A DNA stretch of 64,000 nt from Patescibacteria group bacterium (GCA_023379265.1 JAMCUI010000019.1:9233-73232); one strand, 5' to 3'; positions 9,627-20,893 are shown, counted from the stretch's first letter. Numbers and translations: made by a program. Notes: generated from the letters alone by a model not told the origin.

Positions 9627-10763
9627 CTAATTTGCAGATCCGATAGTAACATTTAATGATAAAGTTTTTCCGTTTCTCCATACAGCCACTTTTATTTTTT
9701 CTCCTACCCTTTGTTTGAGTACTATTTGTGACAATTCCTGGTTGTTGCCTTGGATGCTGGATCCGGCAAATTCAGTGATAATATCTCCTTGCTGAATTCC
9801 TCCTTTATCGGCGGGAGATCCAGTCACGATGCTGATTACATAGGCTCCTTGAGGCACATCGTTCATAAGAGCCAATTGCTGATCTATCATTTTGTAGCGT
9901 ACTCCCAAAAAGGGTTGTTGGAAATTATCGCCTGTTTTCTGGAAGTTGGAAAGAAGTGTTTTTACTGAATTTATGGGGATGGCGAAACCAATATTTTGTC
10001 CACTTTGGGCAATGGCGGTATTTATCCCTATTGCTTGTCCGTTGGAATTGAGAAGCGGTCCTCCTGAGTTGCCAGGGTTTATAGCAGCATCGGTTTGAAT
10101 GACGTTATTTAGTTTTTCTACAGATCCTTCAAGCGGAGAACCAGCCGTAATGCCTCTTCCTAAACCGGAGATGATGCCTGAGGTGACTGTATTGTTGAAT
10201 TCACCAAGAGGAGTACCGATAGCAACTACCAATTGTCCTAGCTCCAGGTTTGAAGAGTCTCCAAGAGGAAGCGGTTTGAGACCTGAAGCATTTATTTTCA
10301 GAATTGCCAGATCGTTGAGGGGATCGCGGTAAATTTTTGCCACATCATATTTCTTATTGTCATTGGTGACTATCTGGTAAGCGGCGTTAGTGTCAGAAAC
10401 GACATGCTTATTTGTAATAATCATTCCATCAGATGTTACTATAAATCCAGATCCAATATTCTGCTGGATTTTTTGAGTCTCTCCCGGCAGTTGCTGAAAA
10501 GGGGAAAAAGGATTGAAGGGATTAAATTCGATACTGCCTGGGTTGGTTTGCGTAGTACTTATTCCTACAGTGACCACCGAAGGAAGCGAATCTTTAACCA
10601 CTTTTGTTATTACGGATTGTTCATAGACTACTGTTTGTTTTGTAGAGTGGGGGAGGAGACTTGATTGGTTCTGGAATTGCGAGGAAAGATTGGATGTGTT
10701 TATGCCTAATCCAACTAAAATTCCCAAAAGAACCAAAATTGAGGCAATAATAATTTTTTTCAT
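9627..10763 (-). CDS. htrA: HtrA/DegP-like serine protease with one PDZ domain
   Basis: N-terminal TM; GSGFIV, TNKHVV, DLAILKI, IQTDAAINPGNSGGPL; C-terminal PDZ. Confidence 0.93.
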   Translation of the reverse strand: MKKIIIASILVLLGILVGLGINTSNLSSQFQNQSSLLPHSTKQTVVYEQSVITKVVKDSLPSVVTVGISTTQTNPGSIEFNPFNPFSPFQQLPGETQKIQQNIGSGFIVTSDGMIITNKHVVSDTNAAYQIVTNDNKKYDVAKIYRDPLNDLAILKINASGLKPLPLGDSSNLELGQLVVAIGTPLGEFNNTVTSGIISGLGRGITAGSPLEGSVEKLNNVIQTDAAINPGNSGGPLLNSNGQAIGINTAIAQSGQNIGFAIPINSVKTLLSNFQKTGDNFQQPFLGVRYKMIDQQLALMNDVPQGAYVISIVTGSPADKGGIQQGDIITEFAGSSIQGNNQELSQIVLKQRVGEKIKVAVWRNGKTLSLNVTIGSAN

Positions 10764-10783
10764 ACGTCTATATTAGGTTTAGA

Positions 10784-10801
10784 AGATGAGAATAACATGA
10801 G
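10784..10801 (-). promoter_or_regulatory. Candidate response regulator box upstream of htrA (copy 1)
   Basis: Minus-strand CTCATGTTATTCTCATCT, then TAATAT 8 nt later and the htrA ATG 6 nt after that. Confidence 0.5.
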
Positions 10802-10881
10802 AGATATGTGGTTTCTGTAAGTAATGTTTGCATAGAAGCTATACGGACGATTGGAGTGTTACATGCTATAATGCAAAGCTA

Positions 10882-11511
10882 ATGGGAAAGAAGATAAAAA
10901 AGATAAAAATCGGTTTGGATTTTGACGGAGTGGTTGCCTATAACCCTTTTAGAGTGGTACGCGCTCCGTGGGCTTTTTTCAAAAACAGATTTTTGGGGTA
11001 TAAGAAATTAGTCTTTTTTTATCCGCGGAATACCTGGCAGCAGGTTTTTTGGCGGATCTTGCACGATTCGAGCATTTTTCCTTCAAAAGGGGTGAATTTA
11101 TTGCGTCAGTTGGTAAAAGAAGGAAAATTTGAGGCTCATCTTATTTCAGGAAGATACAGTTTTCTTGACGACCAATTAAACAGCTGGCTAAAAAAAAATA
11201 AGCTGGAAGGGATTTTTACCACAATAAATATAAACAGAAAAGATGAGCAGCCTCATCTTTTCAAAAAAAGTATGATTGCCAAGCGCAAACTGGATTTCTT
11301 TATTGAGGACAATTGGGATATTGTAGAGTTTTTGCACAACGTACATGGGGAAAAGACAAAAATTTACTGGATATACAATCTTTTGGATAGGCACAGGGTC
11401 CATAAGAATAAGTTTCCGTATCTTGAAATGGCACTTGTGGATATAGTTGAAGTCACAATGAGTCAAAGTAACATACATTCAAGGAGACAAAGGGGTATAA
11501 AAGAGAAATGA
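10882..11511 (+). CDS. HAD-superfamily hydrolase (5'-nucleotidase-like); start moved to ATG 10882
   Basis: IGLDFDGVV motif I, LISGR motif II, FFIEDN motif IV; TGcTATAAT at 10864-10872 lies inside the longer ORF call. Confidence 0.7.
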   Translation: MGKKIKKIKIGLDFDGVVAYNPFRVVRAPWAFFKNRFLGYKKLVFFYPRNTWQQVFWRILHDSSIFPSKGVNLLRQLVKEGKFEAHLISGRYSFLDDQLNSWLKKNKLEGIFTTININRKDEQPHLFKKSMIAKRKLDFFIEDNWDIVEFLHNVHGEKTKIYWIYNLLDRHRVHKNKFPYLEMALVDIVEVTMSQSNIHSRRQRGIKEK

Positions 11512-11562
11512 TTTCAATTGAGATCTTTTGACCATCTGACTCTTTGAAAACTTTTATCTGTT

Positions 11563-12729
11563 ATGAAAATCCTTTTTTCCCTCACTTATTACTCCCCATA
11601 TGTTTCTGGTTTGACTTTATATGTCAAACGGTTGGCTGAAAAACTGGCACACAAGGACATAAATGTGAACGTCTTGTGTATGAAGCATGATAAAAAACTT
11701 CCATCCTTCGAGATAATTAACGAAGTTGAGATATACAGGGCCCAACCTCTTTTCAAAGTCAGCAAAGGGTTTTTCTCTATTGATTGGATATGGAGAAGCT
11801 TTTCCTTTGTAAGAAAGAGTGAGGTGGTGATTGTGAATTTGCCCCAATTTGAAGGAATAGTCCCGGCATTTATCGCAAGACTACTGGGTAAAAAACTCAT
11901 AAGCGTCTATCATTGTGAGGTAGTTTTGCCCGATGGAATTATCAATAGTATAATCCAGAAATTCCTGGAGTGGTCAAACAAATTGACGCTTTTTCTTTCT
12001 GAAACAGTAATTACTTATACTGAGGATTTTGCGGATAACTCAAAACAATTAGCAGGTCTTAAGGATAAATTAATATATATTTATCCGCCTATTTCTGAGC
12101 CGAAAGTCAATAAAAGAGTACAGAATATGATCAAGAATAAAATTGGCATAGGACAACCGTTTGTCATTGGTGTAGCCGCAAGACTAGCGGCTGAGAAGGG
12201 GATACAATATTTATTTGAGGCGATACCGGATATAATCAAAAATCAAAAATCAAAAATCAAAAAGAATGGTATAAAGATAGTAATCGCCGGTTCAATGGAT
12301 CCTGTAGGAGAAGAAAATCATAGAAATAAAATCTTAAGCCTGGCAAAGAAATATAAAGACTTAATTATCTTTTTGGGAGAGATAGAGCCTGAAAATATGG
12401 GTTCTTTTTATTCTCTTCTGGACGTTTTGGTTTTACCGTCTGTCAATTCTACTGAGGCTTTTGGCATGGTGCAGATAGAGGCAATGATGATGGGGGTACC
12501 TGTAGTAGTGAGCGATCTTCCGGGAGTGAGGGTTCCTGTTCGGAAAACTAAAATGGGAAAGACGGTACCTGTTGGTCAAAGCCAAAAGTTAGCCAGTGCC
12601 ATAGTAGAAGTGTTACAGAGTAGATATACATTTATTAGAGATAGACAGTTGATAGAGAAAGAATTTTCCTTCAAAAGGACATTAGATCTTTATGCGGGTA
12701 TATTAGGTTATAAAAATAAGAAAATCTGA
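11563..12729 (+). CDS. GT4 family glycosyltransferase
   Basis: [34 protein letters not shown]. Confidence 0.92.
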   Translation: MKILFSLTYYSPYVSGLTLYVKRLAEKLAHKDINVNVLCMKHDKKLPSFEIINEVEIYRAQPLFKVSKGFFSIDWIWRSFSFVRKSEVVIVNLPQFEGIVPAFIARLLGKKLISVYHCEVVLPDGIINSIIQKFLEWSNKLTLFLSETVITYTEDFADNSKQLAGLKDKLIYIYPPISEPKVNKRVQNMIKNKIGIGQPFVIGVAARLAAEKGIQYLFEAIPDIIKNQKSKIKKNGIKIVIAGSMDPVGEENHRNKILSLAKKYKDLIIFLGEIEPENMGSFYSLLDVLVLPSVNSTEAFGMVQIEAMMMGVPVVVSDLPGVRVPVRKTKMGKTVPVGQSQKLASAIVEVLQSRYTFIRDRQLIEKEFSFKRTLDLYAGILGYKNKKI

Positions 12730-12747
12730 ATTTTTGTAAGTGGGGAG

Positions 12748-14277
12748 ATGAAAGATAAAAGGGTACGTTATTTATTGATTTTAATACTTGTTTTGGGTAG
12801 TGTGGTGAGATTATTCCATCTTGACCGGTTACCCGGAGAGATTTATGGAGATATATCAATTAATATCGAATACCTAGAAAGGATAAGCCAATTGGGATGG
12901 CCGCATAATTTTGTCTTATCTGCAGGCCCTTTTTATTATTATGCTGTTTTTCCAATAATTTTCTTTTTGGGTAATAATTATCTCGCTTTGAAGATTGGAT
13001 CCAGTATATTTGGTATATTAACCATTTTTTTCACATTTTTACTAAGCAGGAAATTAGCCAATCTACAAATAGCCCTTATTGCATCGTTGTTCACTGCTAT
13101 TTCTTTTTGGGTTTTGATTTTTAGCAGATTAGGGAATATTCAAATAATTATCCCTTTAATTATAATCCTGTCTTATTATTTTCTTATTCTTTGGCTAGAG
13201 AGAATTTCCGATAAAAAAGACGGATCATCTTATTTATTTTTGTCGCTAATTTTTGCATGCTTCGGTTTATATACCATGCCTCAGTCATTTATTCTCCTGC
13301 CTCTTATAATATTGACTATATTATTTTATTTATTCTTTTGGCGAAAAAAGATAGAGAATGCACAGGAAATAATTCTTAAGACGTTATTATTATCTTTTAT
13401 ACTTTCCATACCCTTTATTTTCCTTGTTTATTCCGATCTAGCCAATTTTACTCATGGTTATATCGGTGGGAAACTTGGTCTACACCAAGATGTTACGGCT
13501 ACATTGAGCCAATCTCTCATAAATCTTAAACGTGCACTTATGATGTTTAACATAAAGGGAGATATGGTTTTTAGGAGTAATATCTCAAAAGCTCCACATT
13601 TGGATTTCGTGTCTGGGCTGTTACTTATTCTTGGTATAATTATTTGGTTTTGGAAGAATAGACAGATGGCGATAATGTTTGGATTGTTACCGGTTTTTGT
13701 ACTTTTACTTCCTTCCGTACTGGTTTTGGGTCGCCCTCAAGAAGTGCCGAGTGCTTCCCGTGCCATCGGTGTGACTCCGTTTATTTATCTGTTAATAGCG
13801 TATGGCTTTTCAGGTTTGTATGGGTTCCTGAAGCCGAAAATTTCCAAACACATTGCTGTCTTTATTTTGACTGTTATTTTTTGCCAGATTACTTTAGCAA
13901 ATATGCAAAATTATTTTATAAAGTATGCTTACGGGTTACCAAATCACAATCTTGCTTTTGACAGGATTATTGCTAACTGGATAGTGAAGCTACCCTCGCA
14001 GACAAAAGTGTATCTTACTTCATGTTGTTGGGGAGATTGGGGACAACCTGAGCCTAAAGGAGTTTATTATTCACTTGATATACAGGATAGAGGAAGGTAT
14101 TATTTTACACCGCAGTTAAATTGCATGAATTTCCAAAGTACTTCTCCTTACGTCATAATTCTTGATCCAAAAGATAGGATACGGATAAATTCTCTTTATG
14201 AGTGTTTGCATAAATACGTTCATACTTATAAAGCTGGAAACACTGATGTGTTTTCTTATATTTCTTCCTCTTATTAA
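12748..14277 (+). CDS. ArnT/PMT-like GT-C membrane glycosyltransferase
   Basis: LRL..LD..P.EIYGD first loop, multiple TM segments, FWVLIFSR, soluble C-terminus. Confidence 0.7.
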   Translation: MKDKRVRYLLILILVLGSVVRLFHLDRLPGEIYGDISINIEYLERISQLGWPHNFVLSAGPFYYYAVFPIIFFLGNNYLALKIGSSIFGILTIFFTFLLSRKLANLQIALIASLFTAISFWVLIFSRLGNIQIIIPLIIILSYYFLILWLERISDKKDGSSYLFLSLIFACFGLYTMPQSFILLPLIILTILFYLFFWRKKIENAQEIILKTLLLSFILSIPFIFLVYSDLANFTHGYIGGKLGLHQDVTATLSQSLINLKRALMMFNIKGDMVFRSNISKAPHLDFVSGLLLILGIIIWFWKNRQMAIMFGLLPVFVLLLPSVLVLGRPQEVPSASRAIGVTPFIYLLIAYGFSGLYGFLKPKISKHIAVFILTVIFCQITLANMQNYFIKYAYGLPNHNLAFDRIIANWIVKLPSQTKVYLTSCCWGDWGQPEPKGVYYSLDIQDRGRYYFTPQLNCMNFQSTSPYVIILDPKDRIRINSLYECLHKYVHTYKAGNTDVFSYISSSY

Positions 14278-14304
14278 TAAAAATATTTATTATCTTACCC
14301 CAAA

Positions 14305-15093
14305 ATGAGAAAAATTGAATTGTTTCTGAAGAGATATATTAAAGAAAGACCATTATTTTTATCCCTGATTCGTGCCAGAGAAGCGGTGCTTTTTCAGAGT
14401 TATTTACCATTAGAAAGTCCAATACTTGATGTGGGTTGCGGGGATGGATACTTCGCTAGGGTAACCTTATCGAATAATTTTCAGGTCGAGAAGTCGATGA
14501 TTGATGTCGGATTGGATGTAAAAGGCAGTCGGATAGAAGAAGCAAAAAAAATTAATGTATACAAGAAACTGGTTACTTATGAGGGTAAAAATATGCCTTT
14601 CAAAACTAATTATTTCTCAACTGTTGTATCAAACTGTGTCTTGGAACATATAAACGATTTGGACCTGATTCTTGAGGAGATAAACCGTGTTCTGAAACCG
14701 GGAGGTTTATTTCTAACGACAGTGATGGCAGCTCCATGGGAAAGAAATCTCTTCATGACTAAAATTGTGGGTAATTGGTATAAAGACTGGATGAGAAAAA
14801 AACAGGTGCATATCAATTTATTAACGAAAGAACTTTGGGATAAGAGATTTAGAGACGCAGGTTTTCAGATAAAAAGGGTTGAAGGATATTTATCGCCAAA
14901 AGCATGTAGACTGATCGATTTTTGCCATTATATATCCATTCCGAATCTTATTAGTTATAAACTCTTTGGGAAATGGGTTTTATTTCCAAGAATAGCTAGC
15001 GCTGTTTACCCAGAGGGGTGGTTGGCTGAAGTCTTGGAGGAAAAAGTGGAAACGGATACGTCTGGCGCAATATTTTACGTATTGGAGAAATAA
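14305..15093 (+). CDS. Class I SAM-dependent methyltransferase
   Basis: ILDVGCGDG, SNCVLEHI, RVLKPGG. Confidence 0.9.
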   Translation: MRKIELFLKRYIKERPLFLSLIRAREAVLFQSYLPLESPILDVGCGDGYFARVTLSNNFQVEKSMIDVGLDVKGSRIEEAKKINVYKKLVTYEGKNMPFKTNYFSTVVSNCVLEHINDLDLILEEINRVLKPGGLFLTTVMAAPWERNLFMTKIVGNWYKDWMRKKQVHINLLTKELWDKRFRDAGFQIKRVEGYLSPKACRLIDFCHYISIPNLISYKLFGKWVLFPRIASAVYPEGWLAEVLEEKVETDTSGAIFYVLEK

Positions 15094-15102
15094 CTGTTTA
15101 AC

Positions 15103-16830
15103 TCAAAAAGAATTGATCTGCAAATTGGGTACGAACCAGATATCTGAGCGGTAAACGGCTTCTTTTATCCTTTCTTCTCGATTGTTCCACTTATAGCGAA
15201 AATCAGAGATATTGATTTTCTTTATATTGTGTTCCAGGAATCCCAAACATTCTTTTTTGTCAGTAAAAATTATGGTATTTATCCGGTCATTCAGGTTAGA
15301 AAAGCAGGGAGCTTGATAGCTAATTATTTTGAAGTTGGGAAAGAAGTATTTCAGATGGTCCGGAAAGAGGTCAAAATCCGGATTGTTACTGTATATGGCA
15401 AATTGAATTGTGTCTTCATGGTTGATATTTTCCTTTTGCGCGCTGGCAATTGTTTCCCGTAGAACCAATGATCGAAGTCCAAAATATTTTTGCGACCTGT
15501 CATAAATATCAAACTCATAATAGACTGCAATGCCGCATATGGTCAGAAAAAGTATGGAACACCAGAAGAACCTGATGTTTACTTTATAGGTAGAGATGAT
15601 ATCTATCATTGCTGCAATGATTATAGGGATAATAATTATGCTGCGATGAATACCAAAAGAGGGTGGAGGAGTAGCATAGCCGATTGATTGGCCTGAGATA
15701 ATAATGATCCCCAATACCCATAAGGCAATAAAAAAATGCACCTTTTTCCATCTTAGGGTGAGAGCTCCAGCAAGATATAGTATGATTGGAATTGACATTA
15801 TTGCTCCGGCAAAAGGCAGTTGGTTATTATACATGTCGGTATTTTTTATGAAAAAATATTGTAATGACTCTTGTGAATTGAAGAGTAGGGTTGAATAATT
15901 CATTTTTTCCCTAAATAAATTTATCCGTATGTCTTTTCGATTTAAAATTGAGTTTATACCAGATACAGTAGTGGCAAAAAGGCATACGAACAGAAGAAGT
16001 ACAGCAAGCTTTTTCCCATAGAAATAGTTTTTTACCAGTATAATTCCCGTTAGTAAGATAAAAAGAACCGCGCTAGCGAGCGCCGGAGTATATGTTGATG
16101 TCAAAAGTGACAAAATAAAGTAAAGAGCCGTGATTCTGGTTAAGTTTGGTTTTTTTGCTGTGATGAGAAATACACCAGTTGCCGCAAGGGTGAAGGAGAG
16201 AGGTAAAATTACCTGTTCAAATGTCCGGATGATAACTAAAACCACAGGAAAAGCAATAATAGCAAGGACTCCCAATGCTGCAATAAAGTGAATATTCTTC
16301 CGTTTGTCAAAATATATATTCAGACCGCTGTAAAAAAGGAATATTCCCAGAATAAACGGTAAAATAAATCCCAGGCGGTAATTTATTATAGATCTTTGGT
16401 TTGTGAGTTCCGTTGGCAAAGCGGCAATTAAATATTGACGGCTGGGATATCCGAGAAAAGCATTTTGGGCATAACCCAAATCTTTTTTGGCAAAGTTAGT
16501 TAGTCCTGCAGCTACTTCCTGTGTCGCCTCTCCTGAAATATCAATTGGGAAACTGTTGAGTTTAGATGAGACAAGCAAAGTGACAAAAAGAAGCGCAAGT
16601 ATGCCCCACATTTTTTTTTGCCTTAAATCAACGTTGATAATTTTTACAATCCAATATAATGAAAAAAAGAAAAAATAAATAAGAAATATCAACCAGATTT
16701 GACCTGAAATTGTTGCCGCTGTTGTCGAATAATTACCGGATTTTCCGTAAGAGAGCGTGTCTAGAATTGAGATGCTTGCCCCAGCGATAATTACTGTGGC
16801 AGGAAGAATGGATTTTCTGATTTGAGTCAT
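15103..16830 (-). CDS. Polytopic membrane protein, probable GT-C glycosyltransferase
   Basis: More than 10 TM segments, acidic first loop (DISGEATQE), GYP motif, soluble C-terminus; overlaps upstream gene by 4 nt. Confidence 0.55.
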   Translation of the reverse strand: MTQIRKSILPATVIIAGASISILDTLSYGKSGNYSTTAATISGQIWLIFLIYFFFFSLYWIVKIINVDLRQKKMWGILALLFVTLLVSSKLNSFPIDISGEATQEVAAGLTNFAKKDLGYAQNAFLGYPSRQYLIAALPTELTNQRSIINYRLGFILPFILGIFLFYSGLNIYFDKRKNIHFIAALGVLAIIAFPVVLVIIRTFEQVILPLSFTLAATGVFLITAKKPNLTRITALYFILSLLTSTYTPALASAVLFILLTGIILVKNYFYGKKLAVLLLFVCLFATTVSGINSILNRKDIRINLFREKMNYSTLLFNSQESLQYFFIKNTDMYNNQLPFAGAIMSIPIILYLAGALTLRWKKVHFFIALWVLGIIIISGQSIGYATPPPSFGIHRSIIIIPIIIAAMIDIISTYKVNIRFFWCSILFLTICGIAVYYEFDIYDRSQKYFGLRSLVLRETIASAQKENINHEDTIQFAIYSNNPDFDLFPDHLKYFFPNFKIISYQAPCFSNLNDRINTIIFTDKKECLGFLEHNIKKINISDFRYKWNNREERIKEAVYRSDIWFVPNLQINSF

Positions 16831-18815
16831 GGAGAGGATCGGTCTAAATAAATCAGACTGAAATAGTCAACCGGTTTTATTTTTTTGAAAATGATCACTT
16901 TTGGATGATCATAGACTGTAAATGATTCATCAGCATAGTCGTCAACAAAGCTTATACCCGATAGGGGACAATTCTGGCTTTTATATGCCACAATTCCGTA
17001 GCGGGAAAAGGGTGGGGTAAGGCACAAACGGATGAATGGTAACGGCAGATTGGGTCGGGAAGTGAACTCAGCTATTTTTTCAAAACCCAGCGTGCCGTTG
17101 AAAAGATCTGTGTAATATCTGTTTGTGATGGGGTATCGGCTGGGTACTGTCATAATTGAGCCGTAGAGTCTGTTGCTTGAGAGAAATATATAGTTGACCT
17201 CTTGAAGTCTTTGAGTCATATCTTTCCATTTTTCAAGGCTGTCTGGGTTATAGAGAGGGAATTCCACAGTTTTATAAAATAATCCTGACGATTTATTATC
17301 CAGGCTTAAAGGTAAACCGTCGTCCCAATGTTCACTTGAGACAACCGAACCGGGTGGAATATTTTGGTATATCCAGTTGGATGCATCAATTCTGGAATTA
17401 TTACGGGCGTAGATTGATACAAAAGAAAAGGGGTAAATAAGGATAAGTATGATAAATGCAAAAGTCAGTAATGATAGGATTCTTGCAGACAATTTATATT
17501 TATCATGCAAGGCAGAGAAAATTTTTGTGGTAAAAAGGGCGGTTACGACGGTAATAAACGGATAGATCAGTATAAAATATCTCATGGCTTTGACAAATTG
17601 GGCTCCCTGGTAGAGAAAAACATAATCGACAAAAAAAAGTGCAGCGAAAAAGAGAAAATCACAATCGCATTGCAGTGATTTTGATACTTCGATCTTTTTC
17701 AATATCAATCCTGAGCTTGCCGAACGGATTGATTTTCTCCAATTTTTCAGTTTGTTAAAAAAAATCAGGTTGTACCAGAGAAATGCAGTAAGAGTTAGAA
17801 GCCCAATAGGCAAACCCATTCCCCAGAAAACGAAGTTCTTAATCGGAAAGATGTAAGGTCTTGTAGTGATCCATTGTACTCCTGGTGGAAACCAAGCATT
17901 CGGGTCATCAAAAGAACGCAGTTGTTTCCAGTTCTCGATCAGTTTGGGATTAGGAAGAGGATTTAGAACGTTTCCAGAGATAAAGGCATACGGTTGGGTT
18001 ATGCGGAAGGAAATATAAAGTGATAACGAGAAAATAAACCCGCAGGTAAAAATATGCAGTAGTTTCCTTTCTTTTAGTAACAGGAAAATGTAACAGAGTC
18101 CAATTATTGGAAGGATGATTAAAGCTGTTATTTTACTTGCTGCTGCAAGACCAAGCGATATCCCTAGAAGTGAACTGAAAATAAAGACTTTATAATCGTA
18201 TATTGAGATATGGAGAACAATCTTAATAAGAAGAAAAAATGTTAGGGCAGTAAAGAATGTAAGGTATGTGTCTACTGCAAAATAATGCGATAGTTGGATG
18301 GGTAGAGCAGATACGGCATAAAACAACATTGATAAAAGCGGAAAAAGGTCAAGCGATTTTATAGAGTATTCTTTCCCAAGAAGGCTAAATTTGAAGGAGG
18401 TAGGTTTCAGAAGTTTTGATCTTGAGATTAACCCACGGGCAATAAGAAATACTAGAAGGACGGTACCAAGGTCAAATCCGGCAGATAACTGTCGCCCAAC
18501 GATGGTAAGGTTGTTGTAATCTGATTTACTGAGAATATCTGCAACAAATTTAGTTAGGAATAGGGGAAACGTGCCATATACAAAAAAGCCAAAGCCTCGA
18601 TTGTGGGGATTTAGAGGAGATTGGGAAGTATTGAAATATTCAAATAAATCTTGAGGCCATAAAATAGCGTTTCCTACCATGGTAAGGAATCTTTCGTCAG
18701 GATGGAGGTGTTGGTTGTTATCCCAGTTAATTCCATAAAATCTGAAAAAAGCGGCAAGAAAGAGAATTACTATTATCAATAATTTATACGACTTTATCCT
18801 CATATTAATAGTCAA
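16827..18815 (-). CDS. PMT/GT39-like GT-C glycosyltransferase
   Basis: HLHPDERF, YGTFPL, SHYFAVD, EHWDDGLP, DESFTVYDHPKV. Confidence 0.8.
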   Translation of the reverse strand: MTINMRIKSYKLLIIVILFLAAFFRFYGINWDNNQHLHPDERFLTMVGNAILWPQDLFEYFNTSQSPLNPHNRGFGFFVYGTFPLFLTKFVADILSKSDYNNLTIVGRQLSAGFDLGTVLLVFLIARGLISRSKLLKPTSFKFSLLGKEYSIKSLDLFPLLSMLFYAVSALPIQLSHYFAVDTYLTFFTALTFFLLIKIVLHISIYDYKVFIFSSLLGISLGLAAASKITALIILPIIGLCYIFLLLKERKLLHIFTCGFIFSLSLYISFRITQPYAFISGNVLNPLPNPKLIENWKQLRSFDDPNAWFPPGVQWITTRPYIFPIKNFVFWGMGLPIGLLTLTAFLWYNLIFFNKLKNWRKSIRSASSGLILKKIEVSKSLQCDCDFLFFAALFFVDYVFLYQGAQFVKAMRYFILIYPFITVVTALFTTKIFSALHDKYKLSARILSLLTFAFIILILIYPFSFVSIYARNNSRIDASNWIYQNIPPGSVVSSEHWDDGLPLSLDNKSSGLFYKTVEFPLYNPDSLEKWKDMTQRLQEVNYIFLSSNRLYGSIMTVPSRYPITNRYYTDLFNGTLGFEKIAEFTSRPNLPLPFIRLCLTPPFSRYGIVAYKSQNCPLSGISFVDDYADESFTVYDHPKVIIFKKIKPVDYFSLIYLDRSSP

Positions 18816-20833
18816 TATTTTATCAGTTTCTGAAAAAGAGAAAGATATTGATTTTCTGATAATACCTTGGTTTTCTTGAATATTCTTATTACCGGATGGT
18901 CAAAAACTGTCCATGTTTCCTCCGCATTTTCATCAGGGAAATGTATAGAACCAAGCGATGGATATGAAGAAATTTCAAAAACTTTTTCAAATCCCAACGT
19001 TCCAGAAAATAATAATTGATAATATTTTGTGATCAAAGGATATTCTGCCGGAAGGCGCATATAATTGGCAAAAATGCGTCGGGAAGGAACAAGGATATAA
19101 TCAGCTTTAGTAAGATCAAAAATCAGTTGGGAAAATAATTGAGGGTTTTCGTCAGTGTGATAGAAGTCAAAGGAAATAATAGTATAGTTGTGGGTTGTAA
19201 GTTGTGGGTTGTAAGTTGTGGGAAGAAAAAGTGGTATATCCACGACGTTGGCTGTCTCGGAAAGAATGAATGAGTGGTCTGGAATATTTTTATAGATCCA
19301 TTCTGAGGCTATGATGCGGGAGTCTGGACGGATGTAAATGGACATGAAAGCAAGGCCGGGGAGAAGAGATATAAATACAAATATGCAAATAAGCAAATAA
19401 GCGAATCGTGGAATATGAAGCGTAAAGTGTAATGCGGAAAGATTATTTCTTAAGGTTTTAAGTATAAAGTATAAAGAGCATACGGCAAAGATGTTGAAAA
19501 AGGGCAGGAGTGGAGTCATAAATCTGGTCCATTTGGAAAAAAGGAAGGCGTTGGGGAGGAGATAGGCAAGAAAAGAAGAATCAAGAAGCAAGAAGTATGA
19601 ATCAAGGTTATTATTTTTGCCAATTTTATTCTTAATTCTTAATTCATCATTCATAATTCTTTGCAGAATTTTTGATGAAAGAGAAATTATAAGATTTCCG
19701 CTTGTTAATAAAAATCCCAGTATGCCAAATATGAAAACTGGCCAACCCAGAGTGTAGGGAAATATTCTTTCCGTCTGAAAGACTATTGGAGTAGTATTTA
19801 CAAACTGGCGGGTATAAAAAGCTGGATATTTGCCAGTGGCAACATCTTTCTCATAACCAAATACGGCACTTTGGAAATCCGGTATGTCCACCATGTTGTA
19901 TGGTGAGGAAAGAAGAGAAATTAGGACGGTTCCTGTTAAGACAATAAGACCTACAACAACATATACTGATTTTGTTTTTAATCTCATTTTTCCTTTTGCT
20001 TTGGTCATAAGAAGTAGTAATGTCATAAGTGGAGGGAAAAGAAATAAGACACCGGTAAGTTTGCTGCCAATGGCAAGGCCTATTGTAAGGGAAAGAAGCA
20101 AAATATCCCTGAAATGTACTTTAATGTAGCTACCAAGAGTGATCTGTTTAAGAGGTTTGTCTATTAATCTTATGGAAAAGTAAACTGAAAGGAGGAAAAA
20201 TAATGTAAGGAATGATTCTGTGGTGCCAAAATGCGCTGATTGGATAAGTCCTGGAGAAAAAGCCGCCAGAAGAGAAGCAATAATTGGTAAATGAAGAACG
20301 GTAATTGGGGAGGGAGGGAGAATCATTCCGAATAATTTTTGGGTAAAAAGGAAGATAAATAAGACCGTTAGAGAAGAAGCGATAGCTGACCAGAAACGCA
20401 ACCAATAGATAGCAGAGGTGAAGTCAGTTGTGAGTTGTGGATTGTGAGTTGTGGATTGGTGTGGGTTGATATGATTAATTAGATTGATTGGGATTTTGGA
20501 AATTTGGTCGCTGACAAAGGCAAGATATAGGGGGAATTGTCCATAAGCGAAGAAATGTGGATTGAGATTGCAATTAGTTGTGAGTTGTGGATTGTGAGTT
20601 GTGGATTGAGAAGTGTTAGAGAAGAATTGAGTATTGATACATGAGATTATTCCTGCTGGATTGGATGGTAGAGTATATTGAGTGATAGCGCCTGCCATAT
20701 TTCTTTCATCAGGATCAAAGAAATATGGTGCATCATGCATCATGCCGTAAAAACGTAGCAGAGTGGCGGCTATAAGAATTATGGATAGAAATGGTTTTTT
20801 TCGATCAATCATGGAGGAAAGTTCAAAGCTCAA
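18812..20833 (-). CDS. PMT/GT39-like GT-C glycosyltransferase, paralogue of 16827-18815
   Basis: FDPDERN, YGQFPL, AHFGTTES, EETWTVFDHPVI; carries several heptamer-derived inserts. Confidence 0.8.
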   Translation of the reverse strand: MSFELSSMIDRKKPFLSIILIAATLLRFYGMMHDAPYFFDPDERNMAGAITQYTLPSNPAGIISCINTQFFSNTSQSTTHNPQLTTNCNLNPHFFAYGQFPLYLAFVSDQISKIPINLINHINPHQSTTHNPQLTTDFTSAIYWLRFWSAIASSLTVLFIFLFTQKLFGMILPPSPITVLHLPIIASLLAAFSPGLIQSAHFGTTESFLTLFFLLSVYFSIRLIDKPLKQITLGSYIKVHFRDILLLSLTIGLAIGSKLTGVLFLFPPLMTLLLLMTKAKGKMRLKTKSVYVVVGLIVLTGTVLISLLSSPYNMVDIPDFQSAVFGYEKDVATGKYPAFYTRQFVNTTPIVFQTERIFPYTLGWPVFIFGILGFLLTSGNLIISLSSKILQRIMNDELRIKNKIGKNNNLDSYFLLLDSSFLAYLLPNAFLFSKWTRFMTPLLPFFNIFAVCSLYFILKTLRNNLSALHFTLHIPRFAYLLICIFVFISLLPGLAFMSIYIRPDSRIIASEWIYKNIPDHSFILSETANVVDIPLFLPTTYNPQLTTHNYTIISFDFYHTDENPQLFSQLIFDLTKADYILVPSRRIFANYMRLPAEYPLITKYYQLLFSGTLGFEKVFEISSYPSLGSIHFPDENAEETWTVFDHPVIRIFKKTKVLSENQYLSLFQKLIKY

Positions 20834-20850
20834 AACTCAAATGTCAACCC

Positions 20851-20893
20851 ACTCGACAAGCTCAGGGTTGATGCTAAGCATAGTCGAAGCATC
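20851..20893. repeat. REP-like palindromic element nested in a TCAAANN heptamer tract
   Basis: ACTCGACAAGCTCAGGGTTGATGCTAAGCATAGTCGAAGCATC preceded by TCAAAGC TCAAAAC TCAAATG TCAA and followed by TCAAAAC. Confidence 0.55.
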
